A DNA stretch of 64,000 bases from Hamiltosporidium tvaerminnensis FI-OER-3-3 (taxonomy: Eukaryota > Fungi > Microsporidia): positions 1,364,001 to 1,428,000 of the forward strand of contig JAKIMF020000001.1 in NCBI GenBank assembly GCA_022605425.2. The letters run 5' to 3'. Of the stretch, positions 26,450 to 37,919 are shown piece after piece (positions within the stretch are counted from its first letter, which is position 1; every line of letters begins with the position of its first letter). Below the pieces are notes generated by a model. It made no database searches and was not told the origin of the DNA. It saw only the letters and a list, made by a program, of their open reading frames with translations. Both the position numbers and the translations under genes were made by a program.

Positions 26450-29400
26450 TTAAACAAATTCTAAACCAATATTTTCTATTTCCATTTCTAAATTAGATAT
26501 CTCATGTCTTTTCTCAAGGTAAGAAACAAAAGATTCTTCATCTGTCTGATAATAAAAATTACAAAAACATATCAAATAAAAATATCTGGATAAATATCGT
26601 TTTCCTTTGGATATTCTTTCATTACTTCCATTATTATAATCATCAATAACATTTCTTAGATTCTCAAGATGATCAAAGAAATCAATAACCTCATCTAATT
26701 TTTGTTTGCTTAATTGAGCAGCAGGTAATATTTTTAATAGCAACTCAATTATTTTGTATTTTGGCGGGTAAAAACGTGATTTTTCTGAAGGAATTTTATC
26801 CTTGTCACACACAAGTTTTGCGATGACCATTCCTGTTGTCGTTCTTCCTCTGCCCATTTGACAGTTGAATATCAAAAGTTTTGATTCTTTTATTTCTCTG
26901 ATAAACTTATAAATATTGTCAATAATCGAAGGAATGGGTATTCTCTCATCTGTTATCGGATATCTTTTAAAAATACATGAATTTTTTAAAAAAATTTCTT
27001 TGGTAGTTTCAACCGAATTTACTTTTACCCAAACACCTTTGGTAATATATTCTCCATTTTTAATTATTTCTTTGTGTACCAACAACATTCCTTCATTCAA
27101 TTCATCAAGTATTTCATTTTTTAATTTATTTTCAATATTTTCAACTATTTCTACGGAAATTCCTCTTGTTTCAATATTTTCTGATAATTTTTCTACATTT
27201 CGTAGAACATATGGATGATCATTTATATAAATTACAGGCTCTTCACGTAAACAAAACCAATAAATATTATTTTCAAAATTTTTAGATAAACTTCTCATTT
27301 TCTTTAAAACATTTTCAATAGCTTTTCTGGTTGGCATTGCTATTCCACATATAATATTATCTCCGGTTACAACATATCTAAAATTCTGTGTTTCTTTAAT
27401 CGCATTTGGAAGTGAAAATATATTTGAACCAATGAAATAATCATATTTTAAAATCATCATTGAACCTAAAATATGCGCATTTCTTTTCTTTACATGACAT
27501 ATTGATTCATCTTTAAATCCAGATAAATCATAAAAAAAATTATTTTCTGTAATTTCATTTAATTCATTGTACATATTCAATATTTCTAATCTATTCATCA
27601 TAAATTCTTCAAAACTTTTACAAGATTGGTTGTATAAATAAGAAGAAAAACAAATTAAAACGAAATATCGTTTTATTGCTCGAATTTTATATTTTTCAAA
27701 GTCTATTGACAAAAAAAATTGAATGAACGATTCTTGAAAATATATTTGAAAATAATGATCAATTCTATTTTTAGCCTCAATTCCATTTTCCAAAACACTT
27801 ACCAATCTTTGTATAATTTTGAAATGAAATTTTGAATCTTCAGTTTCTATATTTATATTATATTTCCAATTATATATTAAATTAATCAATAATGAAATAT
27901 AAACGCATCTGCCTTTTCTTCCATTCGATTGAACATAAAAATACGAATCTTTTTCGAATCTTGAAACATGTTCAAAAAGCTTGTCAAATGTTTCGAATCG
28001 AAGTGGTAATGAACTAGTTATAGGAAACCTTAAATAAATAAAATTTTCTGTTTTTTTATATTTTGAAATATATTCTATAGAAGTTAAAATATCTTCATAT
28101 TTTATATCTAATATTTCATACGGTTTTATACCATCAGTTTTTTCTTTATAAACTATAAGTTTAGATTCTCTTTTTAGTTCATTTAATAATTGATTTTTGA
28201 TTTCAAATTCAGTCTTTTCAATTTCCTGACAATCGATTCCTCTGAAAAATGTAGGATTTTTATAAAATTTCTGATAATCTCGATAAATAAAAAATTTATT
28301 TTTGATATAAATACACGGTTCTTCAAGAAGATTAAACCAAACCGATTTTTTATCTGCCAAAATATATTTTTCAGATAAATTCGGTACAAAATTAATTTTA
28401 TCCGCGGTAGTTCTACAACATAACGGAACATGTTCTTTTAAAATATAATATTTGTTCTTTTTTAAAATATTTAGAAAATTAAATTCAATATTAATATTTG
28501 GCAATAAATTCAACGGAGAAAAAATAAATAATTTATCTTTTTTTCTTGAAATATATTTAAACAAATTTACATATGAAATATTAGAACGTAACCAAGCTTG
28601 AAACCCAATATTATAAAATACCGGTTTCATAGTAAAAAGATATTCTTCGTATAGAATTAGTGTAATATACTTCTCAAGTCTTAAAATTGCTTCATTGAGA
28701 TATTTAGTATCTTTATATAAGAGATATTTAAAATATTTATGAATTATGTCTTTTTTAAAGTCTTCTTCTCCATAAATATTATATAATGCAATATCTACAT
28801 TTAATTTGGCTTTTTTATTTTTAAGAATTGACAATAAATTCTCTACAACTCTATATTTTCCTTGACAAGCAATTTTTAAAATTATTTGGATTTCATTTTC
28901 TTTTAAATCAAAATCATTTATTTTTTCTTTGTTTTTTGTTTCAATAATTCTCTTTAATTTTTCAAAGAACATTTTAAGAGTATTTTGAATAGAAAATAAA
29001 AAATTATTGGAATTAATTACTCCAACAGTTAAATAACAAAAAGTTATAGCAAATTTGACACGTGTATATCCTCTTTTAGAATTAAAAATGAAAATTCTAG
29101 TGTTTGAGTAACTTTGATATAAAATCTTATGTAAAAAATTTAAACTATTTGTATCTGAAATGTAACTGTGCGATGAAATTGGAATTCTAAAATATTTTAA
29201 ATTTTTATACTTTTTTTTAAAATTTTGAAAAACTTCTTTTACCGTTAAAATTTCATACGGAATAATAAAAAACGTGGTTGTTTCATTTTTTTTATTTTCA
29301 GAATTTACTTGTAAAAAACCACCATTAATTTCTGCTTCATAAATTATTTCTCTTTTTAATCTTTCCTCGAAAATTTCTAAATTTTCACATGAAACACCCT

Positions 29401-29716
29401 TCATAAATTTTATATCCTCAAACGGATTATTTTTATCTTTTAATACAAAAGAACAACTGTTTATAAATATCATCGGCTCTTCTCGTAAATTAAACCAAAA
29501 TATTTCTTCTTCACATGAAAATTTTTCAAAAAATATCTCTAATTCAGAAGTTGTCAATTGTCCAATACCATGAATATTTTTGTATGTAGAATGTGTATTT
29601 ATGTTATTTTCTAGTTCCTTTGATTTATTAGTGTGTTTTGAAAAGTTTAATTCACATTTTAAAATAGAAGAAGATGTTAATATAAATCCAAACCTGCTGT
29701 ATTTATTTATTTCCAT
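26450..29716 (-). CDS. Paladin-like protein with three PTP-like (phytase-like) domains
   Basis: 1088 aa with three repeats of WFxLREEP(x)IxI...ExxExxLKxE. Intact CX5R motif FNCQMGRGRTTTG is in the third repeat only. Confidence 0.85.
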   Translation of the reverse strand: MEINKYSRFGFILTSSSILKCELNFSKHTNKSKELENNINTHSTYKNIHGIGQLTTSELEIFFEKFSCEEEIFWFNLREEPMIFINSCSFVLKDKNNPFEDIKFMKGVSCENLEIFEERLKREIIYEAEINGGFLQVNSENKKNETTTFFIIPYEILTVKEVFQNFKKKYKNLKYFRIPISSHSYISDTNSLNFLHKILYQSYSNTRIFIFNSKRGYTRVKFAITFCYLTVGVINSNNFLFSIQNTLKMFFEKLKRIIETKNKEKINDFDLKENEIQIILKIACQGKYRVVENLLSILKNKKAKLNVDIALYNIYGEEDFKKDIIHKYFKYLLYKDTKYLNEAILRLEKYITLILYEEYLFTMKPVFYNIGFQAWLRSNISYVNLFKYISRKKDKLFIFSPLNLLPNINIEFNFLNILKKNKYYILKEHVPLCCRTTADKINFVPNLSEKYILADKKSVWFNLLEEPCIYIKNKFFIYRDYQKFYKNPTFFRGIDCQEIEKTEFEIKNQLLNELKRESKLIVYKEKTDGIKPYEILDIKYEDILTSIEYISKYKKTENFIYLRFPITSSLPLRFETFDKLFEHVSRFEKDSYFYVQSNGRKGRCVYISLLINLIYNWKYNINIETEDSKFHFKIIQRLVSVLENGIEAKNRIDHYFQIYFQESFIQFFLSIDFEKYKIRAIKRYFVLICFSSYLYNQSCKSFEEFMMNRLEILNMYNELNEITENNFFYDLSGFKDESICHVKKRNAHILGSMMILKYDYFIGSNIFSLPNAIKETQNFRYVVTGDNIICGIAMPTRKAIENVLKKMRSLSKNFENNIYWFCLREEPVIYINDHPYVLRNVEKLSENIETRGISVEIVENIENKLKNEILDELNEGMLLVHKEIIKNGEYITKGVWVKVNSVETTKEIFLKNSCIFKRYPITDERIPIPSIIDNIYKFIREIKESKLLIFNCQMGRGRTTTGMVIAKLVCDKDKIPSEKSRFYPPKYKIIELLLKILPAAQLSKQKLDEVIDFFDHLENLRNVIDDYNNGSNERISKGKRYLSRYFYLICFCNFYYQTDEESFVSYLEKRHEISNLEMEIENIGLEFV

Positions 29717-29926
29717 TAACCCATGTATTTTATTTTTTTTATTTATGCATTTTTTTAATTTTAATTTTTAAAAATTTAATTTTTTAAAAATTTAAGGTTC
29801 AATAATCAACCACAAAAAATGTTGTTCATTTTAAGAAATTTATAAAAATGAAGCATGAAAGAAGTATATTCAGGGGTAGAAAGTAAGTTTCAATATTGTT
29901 GTGAACGTTTTTGTAATAAAGCTGAG

Positions 29927-30077
29927 TATCTATTAATCCATGTAAATGAGGTTAAGGCTCTTAATAGGCCGTAATGCCATTGAGTAAGTAAATATCTATT
30001 AATCGATGTAAATGAGGGTAAGGCTCTTAATAGGCCGTAATTCCATTGAGTAAGTAAATATCAATTAATCCATGTAA
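29927..30077. repeat. 66-bp tandem repeat, ~2.3 copies
   Basis: ATGTAAA anchors at 29940, 30006 and 30072; unit contains TAAGGCTCTTAATAGGCCGTAA. Confidence 0.9.
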
Positions 30078-30108
30078 AACAAACTTACTAATGATTATAT
30101 AAATATAT

Positions 30109-33100
30109 TTATTTAATAAAATTCTGGGTTAAAATATTTTGCACCTTTTTAAATGTTTTCTTCTACCTCTTTAACCACTATTGTCTCTTCTTCGAAATCC
30201 GACTCTTCATTTATGTTATTGGTCGGTTCCTCCAAAGTGGTTCCTCCTTGTGAAATAAGGGGTGTATTATTTTTTGGTTTTAAAGTTTTAACACCATCTT
30301 CCTCTCTTTTCGCTTCTTTTAAAGGGGGTATTGGTTCCTCATGCATCTCTGATCTCATAATAACACCCATTGACGCTCTCTCCCAGCTCTCTTCGGCATT
30401 TAGTCCTGACTCAAGTCCTCTTCGTCGATCAAAGGAAATTGTTTCGACTGTCTTCTTAAGTACTATAGACTGAATATATGTCTCTATATTTATGGGTATT
30501 TCTAGTCTTTTAAGATGAGATTTATGGTATTTTGTCACAATACCGTCCCAGATCATTACATAAGGGATTATCTCAACACTACACTTATAAATAAGACCTA
30601 ACTCATTGGCTAGCAGGTCATACTTCCTAAGTTTTTCAGTTTCAACTATTTGAAGTGAATCTTTGGAACTTATTCCTACTAAATGAGTGTTATCTTATTC
30701 TTCTTCTTATCTAAAATAAATATGTCCGGTCTGTTATTCCGAATTTTAACATCAGTTTTAATTCTGGTGTCCACTCTTATCTCTGCATACTCATTATCAA
30801 GAATTTCTTGAACTGAGTGGCTCCTTATTCGTTTTGAAGACTTAAACTTATATCTATTTAGAAGAAGAAGGTGTAGGCATCTAACCACTTCATTATGCCG
30901 TCTAGTGTAATCATGGCCTAGCATTTTTTCACATCTAGTTGCTAGATGATCCACAGTCTTACCAGACTTCCCGCAATGTTGACACACACCATCTGCTCCC
31001 CAGAATACATTTCTATCCTGGATATAGCAGAACACAGCTTCATTTCGTGGCCTAATATTTCCTCTCTTTAGCCATCTTGAAGAGTCACTAACACTCACAA
31101 GCTCATTTTTTCTTGCATTATATAACTTTGAATAGAGTTTTCGTTTTTCTATTTCGTTATATAGTTTTGCAAGTTGAGCTTCTTCTAAACCTTTCTTAGT
31201 GACTTCTTCTACCAACCTGTACTTTACTTTTAAGAAGCCTTTTATTAGTGCAAGATGGGTTTTATTATTATTCTTCACCTTGAGGATTGCTGCTCGTCTA
31301 GTTGATATTTCTTTACTTTTTTCCAGACAATCCAAGAGTTGCAGAAGCATATGTTCGCTTCGCAACTCAACACTATGTAGGCCTCTTCCAAGTTCTGTTC
31401 TAAGAAGGTATAGACGCTCTTTACATCCTGGGCGGAGATGTATCTTATTCTTCACCAACACCGCACGCACTGCAACATCTAACTTAGAGAAGTCAGCCGG
31501 TTCAAGTCGAAGTACTCCTATGTGGTAGTTGATTAACGATATCGCATGTTGATTGATTGCAGAAAATAATTTTTTTGCCTTTAATCTTGTGTGACAAAGT
31601 CTTCCAACTCTTGATATAAGTTTGCTCTGTACTTCTTCAAATGAGCTACGTGTTGGGATTCCTCTGCTATCTTCTATTATTCCTAAATATTTGTAAACAC
31701 TAACACCTCCTAGAAGAGTAGCAGTATCTTCACAACACGTATCATTTGTGGCTGACTTCTCTTTGTTAATCTCTAAGCCAATCACCTCTAAAAATTCCTT
31801 TGCCTCGCCTGTCATAGCACTCAATGTGGAGCTGTCTTTTGCAAGGAACTTAAGATCATCAATAAAAAAGAGATGATTAGTAGAATGAGATTCTGCATCT
31901 GTTTGTACTGTCACTTTTGTGTATTTTTCATTAAGCTTTCGGCTTAATGGATCCATACACAACACAAACAACAATGGTGACAAACTATCTCCTTGCAGGT
32001 CCCTCTATCAATCTTCTTGCTCATGATTTTTTCAGGCTTTACTGATATATCAATTTTCCATTTTGATATAATTACCTTAATAAATTTCAGGATCCAATCA
32101 GGTAAATTAAGGTTTTCAATGCATTGAGTTAAATAAGCATGATCTATTGAATCATAAGCTTTTTTAACATCAATCCATGTTGCCTTAAGATTGTTTCCGT
32201 ACTCTTTATCTAGGGCAATATTAAGTAGAGCCTGCTCTTTCGCTCCCTGCACACCTCTTACCGCCCCTAATTGGTTCTCTGCAAGCAACCCTCGCCTTTC
32301 CACTTTAAGTTGAACGACCTTTGTTACACACTTTGTCGTTAACTTATAGAGGTTGGACATACAAGTGATTGGCCTGTAGTCAGAGCCTCTTCGTGGAATT
32401 CCTTTCGGTATCAAATACGTAAGCCCGCAGTAAAACCAATCAGCTTGAGGTGTTCCTTCTAAACATATAACTTTAACAATATCATAAAGATATTTGTGTA
32501 GAGTTGTAAGTTTCTTAATGAAAAAATTGTAAATACCATCAATTCCAGCAGCTTTCCAATTAGGGAGCCAATTAATGATATTCACAAATTCATCAAGTGA
32601 AGGAAACGTGGTCGGATGATTATCTGATACAAATGGAATCAAATAATCATCGTACGTGACTGTGTCATCATTTTTGTTCCACATTGTAGACCAAAAACTC
32701 ACAATTTCATCGGCTAACCACATGCTCGAATTCCACACGCTCAGATAACCCACGATAAAATCGACCTCGGAAAAGCTCAAACATACGATTCTCTTTTCGG
32801 AATTGCTTCCTACTTTCATGCATCGTAATTTTTTTCTCGTAAACATTCAAAGACTCATTCTTCTTAACTAAAGCCCCAGAAAGATCAGTTACGCTGCTCA
32901 AGTTTAAATTAAACTCTCGCATGATTTTCTTAAGGCTCTTCGTTTCCGAAGTGGAGAGCATTTCCTGCTTACGAGCTTTCTCGAGAAGATCTTTGGAAAG
33001 TACTAACTTAGAAATTTTACTTTCTATGTTTTCCTTCCAAGCGGATCTAGGCTTCTCTTTACGTGTTGCCTCGTCATAGCATATCTGCGCAGCTTGCATG

Positions 33101-33912
33101 ATATACGCGGCTTCCGTAATTGACTCAGGTACATGAGCTCCTGCATATTCACCGACTACTCGATTAATGAGATCCAGAACTTTACTATCAATCAATTCAT
33201 TTGGATGTTTTCTAGTTCGGACCACCACTTTTCCAATTTCGTTCTCCGAGATTTCTTTGATTTTACTCAAGAATTTATCTCTCAGGTTTATTACTTCGAG
33301 GTGTCGGTCAAGGTGCATGTATCAGCGAGACAAGTGGCGATTCTACGTCGCTCTCCATTCTCTTCTGATTTTACTTCCTTTCCCATCTCACTTTGTGCCA
33401 ATTTTTTTAACACTTCGAGAGTTTCAGTGCAGCCGAATTTCTCATTATAGTACCTGTGAAGTTCTGTCCAGCCATTTCTTAGCATTCTTTCAAACCTTGT
33501 CTGTACTGCAAAAAAAACAATTCGAGGCCATTCCTTCGGGTCGGCTGTTACGGAATCGAATATCGTCCGCAATGCCATTAGCCTGTTATCTTCCGGAATA
33601 GCTAGAGTACAGGGGCTTGTCATGTCGTACGATGGCTCGCACGCAGAGACTTCAACCAAAGAGGTAACTGGTGCATTAGGCGAAGGTAAGAGGTCAAGCC
33701 CACTATTTTGCATTTTACTGCATGTTTGGCTTGGTGGTGGAGGTGTTATTGTTGTGTAGGAGGAGGAAGGTAAGGAAATCGCCGGTGGGTGTAGCTAACA
33801 TTTTTTTATCCCATATCACTCTTCTTCACCTCATCAGCGTCGTTTGCAGCCTTTATTTTGGTATTTTTCGATATTCCGCTGCTAACATTTTTCTTTCTAC
33901 CCATATAAAATT
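30109..33912 (-). mobile_element. R4/Dong-like retrotransposon, copy 3 (full-length, several frameshifts/stops)
   Basis: Homologous end-to-end to 39728-43540. 15-bp TSD ATTATATAAATATAT at 30094-30108 and 33913-33927. ORF is broken into 33291-33713, 32707-33318, 31944-32846, 30679-31983 and 30149-30556. Confidence 0.95.
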
Positions 33913-34007
33913 ATTATATAAATATATAAAAATTTAAAAGTTTTTATATATTTTTTGTACAAGAAAAACAAATATAAAATTTATAAAACTTACTCTCTTA
34001 TTACAGT

Positions 34008-34577
34008 GAACTTTTATCTTTCGGTATCGAGGATCAACAAATGGAAGTTTTCCATTTTTTTATATCTGTTGTGATTCTGTATTATAAGGATCCAAGATAT
34101 AATAGATACGGTGTGGTTTATACTTACTTACTCCGCAGCACCACAGCTCTTGAAGAGCACAGGCTTCTTTAACGAATATTCTTTATTCTTTCTTATTCTG
34201 CACAAAACATCTCCATTGCAGCATATTAAGTTTCTTTAGATTTCCCTTAACATTATTTAGCCATCTTTTCTGGTGTCTATTTCTTCTTCTCTTATCTTTA
34301 GATGAAGTTTTTAAAATTTTACTACCAGCTATCTCCGTAGTCATTCTTTCTACGTGTCCGAGTCACCTAGGTCTCATTGTTTTATTTCAATGACAATATT
34401 GTATCCTTGATATATGTTTAGGTCTCTTGATTTGTTATAATTCTCCACTCATTATTTTCTAAAATTGGCCAATGTGGTTTATATCCCATCAAAATGCTAA
34501 CAATGATTTTCACACCAATTTCACACACTCATTACTAAGAAAATAGTTTTTAATGTGGTTATGGTATCCCCACCCAC
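34008..34577 (-). repeat. Unclassified modular repeat family, copy A-B, interrupted by an RTE 3' fragment
   Basis: 34473-34577 reverse complement matches the head at 46879-46981. 34008-34122 matches the B tail (ATCCTCGATACCGAAAG.TAAAAG). Confidence 0.8.
34123..34472 (-). mobile_element. 5'-truncated RTE-clade LINE 3' end (350 bp)
   Basis: 11-bp TSD TGTGGTTTATA (34112-34122 and 34473-34483); (GTAA)n tail. Translation PILENNEWRIITN...RPR*LGHVERM...KRRRNRHQKRWLNNVKGNLKKL...WRCFVQNKKE*RIFVKEA matches the RTE ORF C-terminus. Confidence 0.85.
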
Positions 34578-35662
34578 TTTAAAATATATAAATGTAAAAT
34601 AATTCTAAGCAAAAAATTGGTTATTTTGTATACATTTTGAAGTAGCTATACTCGTATTTGACTGTTTTTTCAAATATTGAATATAACTGTTGATAAACTA
34701 TTTTGAAATTTCAGAATTGAAATATATATTTTTTATTGAATATTTTTAAGAATTAATCTTTTTAAATACTTTGTGTGTCGTATTTCTTTCTTCAAAGAAA
34801 TATTCCATATTTAGTCTTTTCGTTATCTTCTTCCATATTCAGATTGAATATTAGAATTTTTATCTGTTCATTGCTAGCCATTTTATACTCAAGAGCCAGA
34901 ATAGCTATTTTTTCTCCATATTAGTTTATATTTTCTTCCTCGTTTCGTCATATTATCAAAGGGATATAGACTAAGTGGCTCTAAGATATTTGATAGAATC
35001 AGGTGATACATTTTCCTAGCTATCATCTATATCTGGCCTTTATCAGAGTTTTCTTCATCGATCAAAGGAAATTCTTTTAAATATATTTTTGAAATTATTC
35101 TTTATTTTTCTCTGCATTAATCGACATTTGAAGTTTTTTTTAGCTAATTTTATGGTATTTTGTAACTCATTAACTATGTGATCACATAAGAGATTATATC
35201 AACACTACTTTATCAACAAGTTAAAATTATTGGCCAATAAGTCTGCATATTCTGTTTTATGGTTTCCAAAAATTTAAAGAAATTCCCTCGAAATAATTTT
35301 AAATTCAACCAATGTAATAATATAATATTTATGATCAAACATATGGCTATCTGGCTTATTGTTTAAAATTTTGGTATCATTTTTTATTCTAGTGTTTAGT
35401 CTTATTAACACACACATATTTTCAATATATTTTTCTATTATTCCTTTTGTTATTTATTTAAAACAATATTTGATGAAATTGAAAGTAAGATTTTCATTTT
35501 ATTAAATTTTTTTTCAAAATCCATATTTTTAGATTTTTTCTTTGTAAGTTGGTCTTTTCTGAAAATATGTTTTATTAGCAAAGAACCAATTTAATATAAA
35601 TTTTATAAAGTAATTTTAAAAACAAAAATACCCATTTACGGGTAGAATAGCAATATTTTTTA

Positions 35663-36556
35663 ATGTATCCTACAGACGACACAATATCAACAGAAGCTGA
35701 TAAAAATATAGATGAAGAAAAAGAAATTATATTACCAACTTCGGTAAGTCAAGGCGGCAAAAAAAATAATCAAAAACAACAATTAAATCAGAAACATATT
35801 CATAAAATATCAAAAACTACAAATCAGATTTCGTATTATTCTTTTAATAATTTTGTCGGTGAATTTTTTAAAGAATTGAGTGAAAAAAAATACGAAGAAA
35901 TTTTTTTTGAATCTGTGATTGATGAAGATATTGCTTTTAATAAATTGTTTGAAGAATCGTATACATGTGAAGTTAAACGAGAAATTTCGTTGAAAAATCG
36001 TCTTTTTTCTGCATTTATTACAGATGATTCTAAAAATGACACAATTTATACTGAAAATGATTTTCTAAAAAGTCTGAATTTAGATTTTACAAATACTGAT
36101 GATTTAGATAATTTAATTGTGGAATTATTTATACAAAACAAAATACCTATTTATGATGAAACTGAATTTGCCTTGAATGGGAATGAAATAGCTAAATTAA
36201 TAGTCAATCTTAAAAAACAAGTAATAATCAACAATAAAAGAAAGAAAATATTCAAACAAATATTACAAAAGCGCATGCTATTCATGTCTTTTTTACAGGC
36301 TCTTAAAATTATAGATTCTAAACTACAAAAACTTTATTTAAAAAGAAATAAAGCCAAAGTAAAAAGTAGATCAAACGAAGAATACGAAGAAATAAAAACT
36401 CTTTTAGATATTAGAAAACATTTTTTTGAACTTTTTCAAGATGAACTTAATCATGAAAATATTCTTTTTACGATAGATAATCTTTTTACAGATCACAATG
36501 AACAAAATATAAAGTTGAAAGATTACAATCCAGATAATTATTTTCTCGAAGATTGA
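35663..36556 (+). CDS. ADA3: Probable Ada3/Ngg1-like SAGA HAT-module subunit
   Basis: 297 aa. C-terminal EIAKLIVNLKKQVIINNKRKK...LKIIDSKLQKLYLKR resembles the Ada3 C-terminal helices. CCC and GGG motifs lie upstream. Confidence 0.55.
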   Translation: MYPTDDTISTEADKNIDEEKEIILPTSVSQGGKKNNQKQQLNQKHIHKISKTTNQISYYSFNNFVGEFFKELSEKKYEEIFFESVIDEDIAFNKLFEESYTCEVKREISLKNRLFSAFITDDSKNDTIYTENDFLKSLNLDFTNTDDLDNLIVELFIQNKIPIYDETEFALNGNEIAKLIVNLKKQVIINNKRKKIFKQILQKRMLFMSFLQALKIIDSKLQKLYLKRNKAKVKSRSNEEYEEIKTLLDIRKHFFELFQDELNHENILFTIDNLFTDHNEQNIKLKDYNPDNYFLED

Positions 36557-37536
36557 GTATTTTAACTTAGAAATAGAAACATATGTAGATATTTTAATTT
36601 AAATTTTAATTAAAGTTGTTTTTGCGGTTTTTTTATGTTCTAATCGAAGAATATTTTTTTTCATTTTTTTAATGAAATTTATAAATAGAAAATCATCCTA
36701 CAATTCCTACTACTGTTTTGAAAATATTAAAAAGAATCAAATTATATGTTTTTTGGAAAATTAATATGTTTTTTACTAAAAACTAATCTTGAAAAAAGAA
36801 TTTTAATAGCTTATAATATATTTTTTAAATTCTTTTAAATTTTGGCAAAGAGAAACATCTTTAATCTATAATACAGTATTAGACTATAATAATTGGATAC
36901 TAAGAATTGCTTATATTATATACGCTTTTTGGTTAATTTATTTATTTTTTATAATTTTATTACATATTTGGCCTCTTTTTTTATTCGTTAACTAAAATAT
37001 TTGGTTTTAAGTACCTAGATATGTTAGATATTCATTTTTGTGTTCCGTTTTTTAAAATACTATATATAATGATTATTATTTATCTCAGACTTACATTTAT
37101 ACCGGATTCCAATTTTTTTGTGATTTTATAGGTATTAGAAAATTATATTCTGAGTATTATTGATAGCCTCTATATATCAATACTTAGAATATCTAGAGTC
37201 TTCAAATCTAAGCTTTTAAATTTCATAATAATTATAATTTGTTTTGGCTATGATTTAAGAAAATTTTAAACTAATCATATGTAAATATAAAATTATTTTG
37301 AGTAAATTAAACTCCTGTGTTTTCTTGTTTCATGAACTAAGATTAAATCAATAAATTAAAAACATATAAACGTATCACAGGATATTAAATTGAAATTTTT
37401 AATTTTAAATAGAAGATTAGCGAAATTAAAAATTATTTTAAGGTAAATATTGATTTAAATTAAATATTTCTAATTACTCCTGCAATGACGAAGATTATGT
37501 TAAAAAAAATAAAAACAAAAAATAATACACATCATA

Positions 37537-37691
37537 TTTCCAAATAAGGAAATACGTTAGAGGAACAGACGATAAACATAAGTGAAGAGTCGGATTTAGA
37601 AGAAAAGACGGTATTAGTAAAAGAGGTTGAAGAAAATATATGAAAATGATAAAAAAAAGTTTTAACCAAAAATTCTATTAAATTAAATAAA
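37537..37691 (+). mobile_element. Short 3'-end fragment of the R4-like retrotransposon (diverged)
   Basis: TTAGAGGAAC...GAAGAGTCGGATTTAGAAGAA...TTTTAACC..AATTCTATTAAATTAAATAAA matches the family 3' end. Confidence 0.85.
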
Positions 37692-37919
37692 ATTAAGAAT
37701 TCTACTGAAGTTAAACCCTTGATCAATTAAAAATAGACTTAAACGTTTATTTTTGGTTAATAATTTCAACAAATTTTATATTTTCGTTTTTTTCATTTAG
37801 ATATCAAAATATCGGTTATTGTTTCAAATATGTTTATTTTTCTAATCTTAAATTCAACTTGAAGTTCTTTTGTTACCTATCAATATAATTCCTTTAAGAC
37901 GTTTACTTATTTTTTATAT

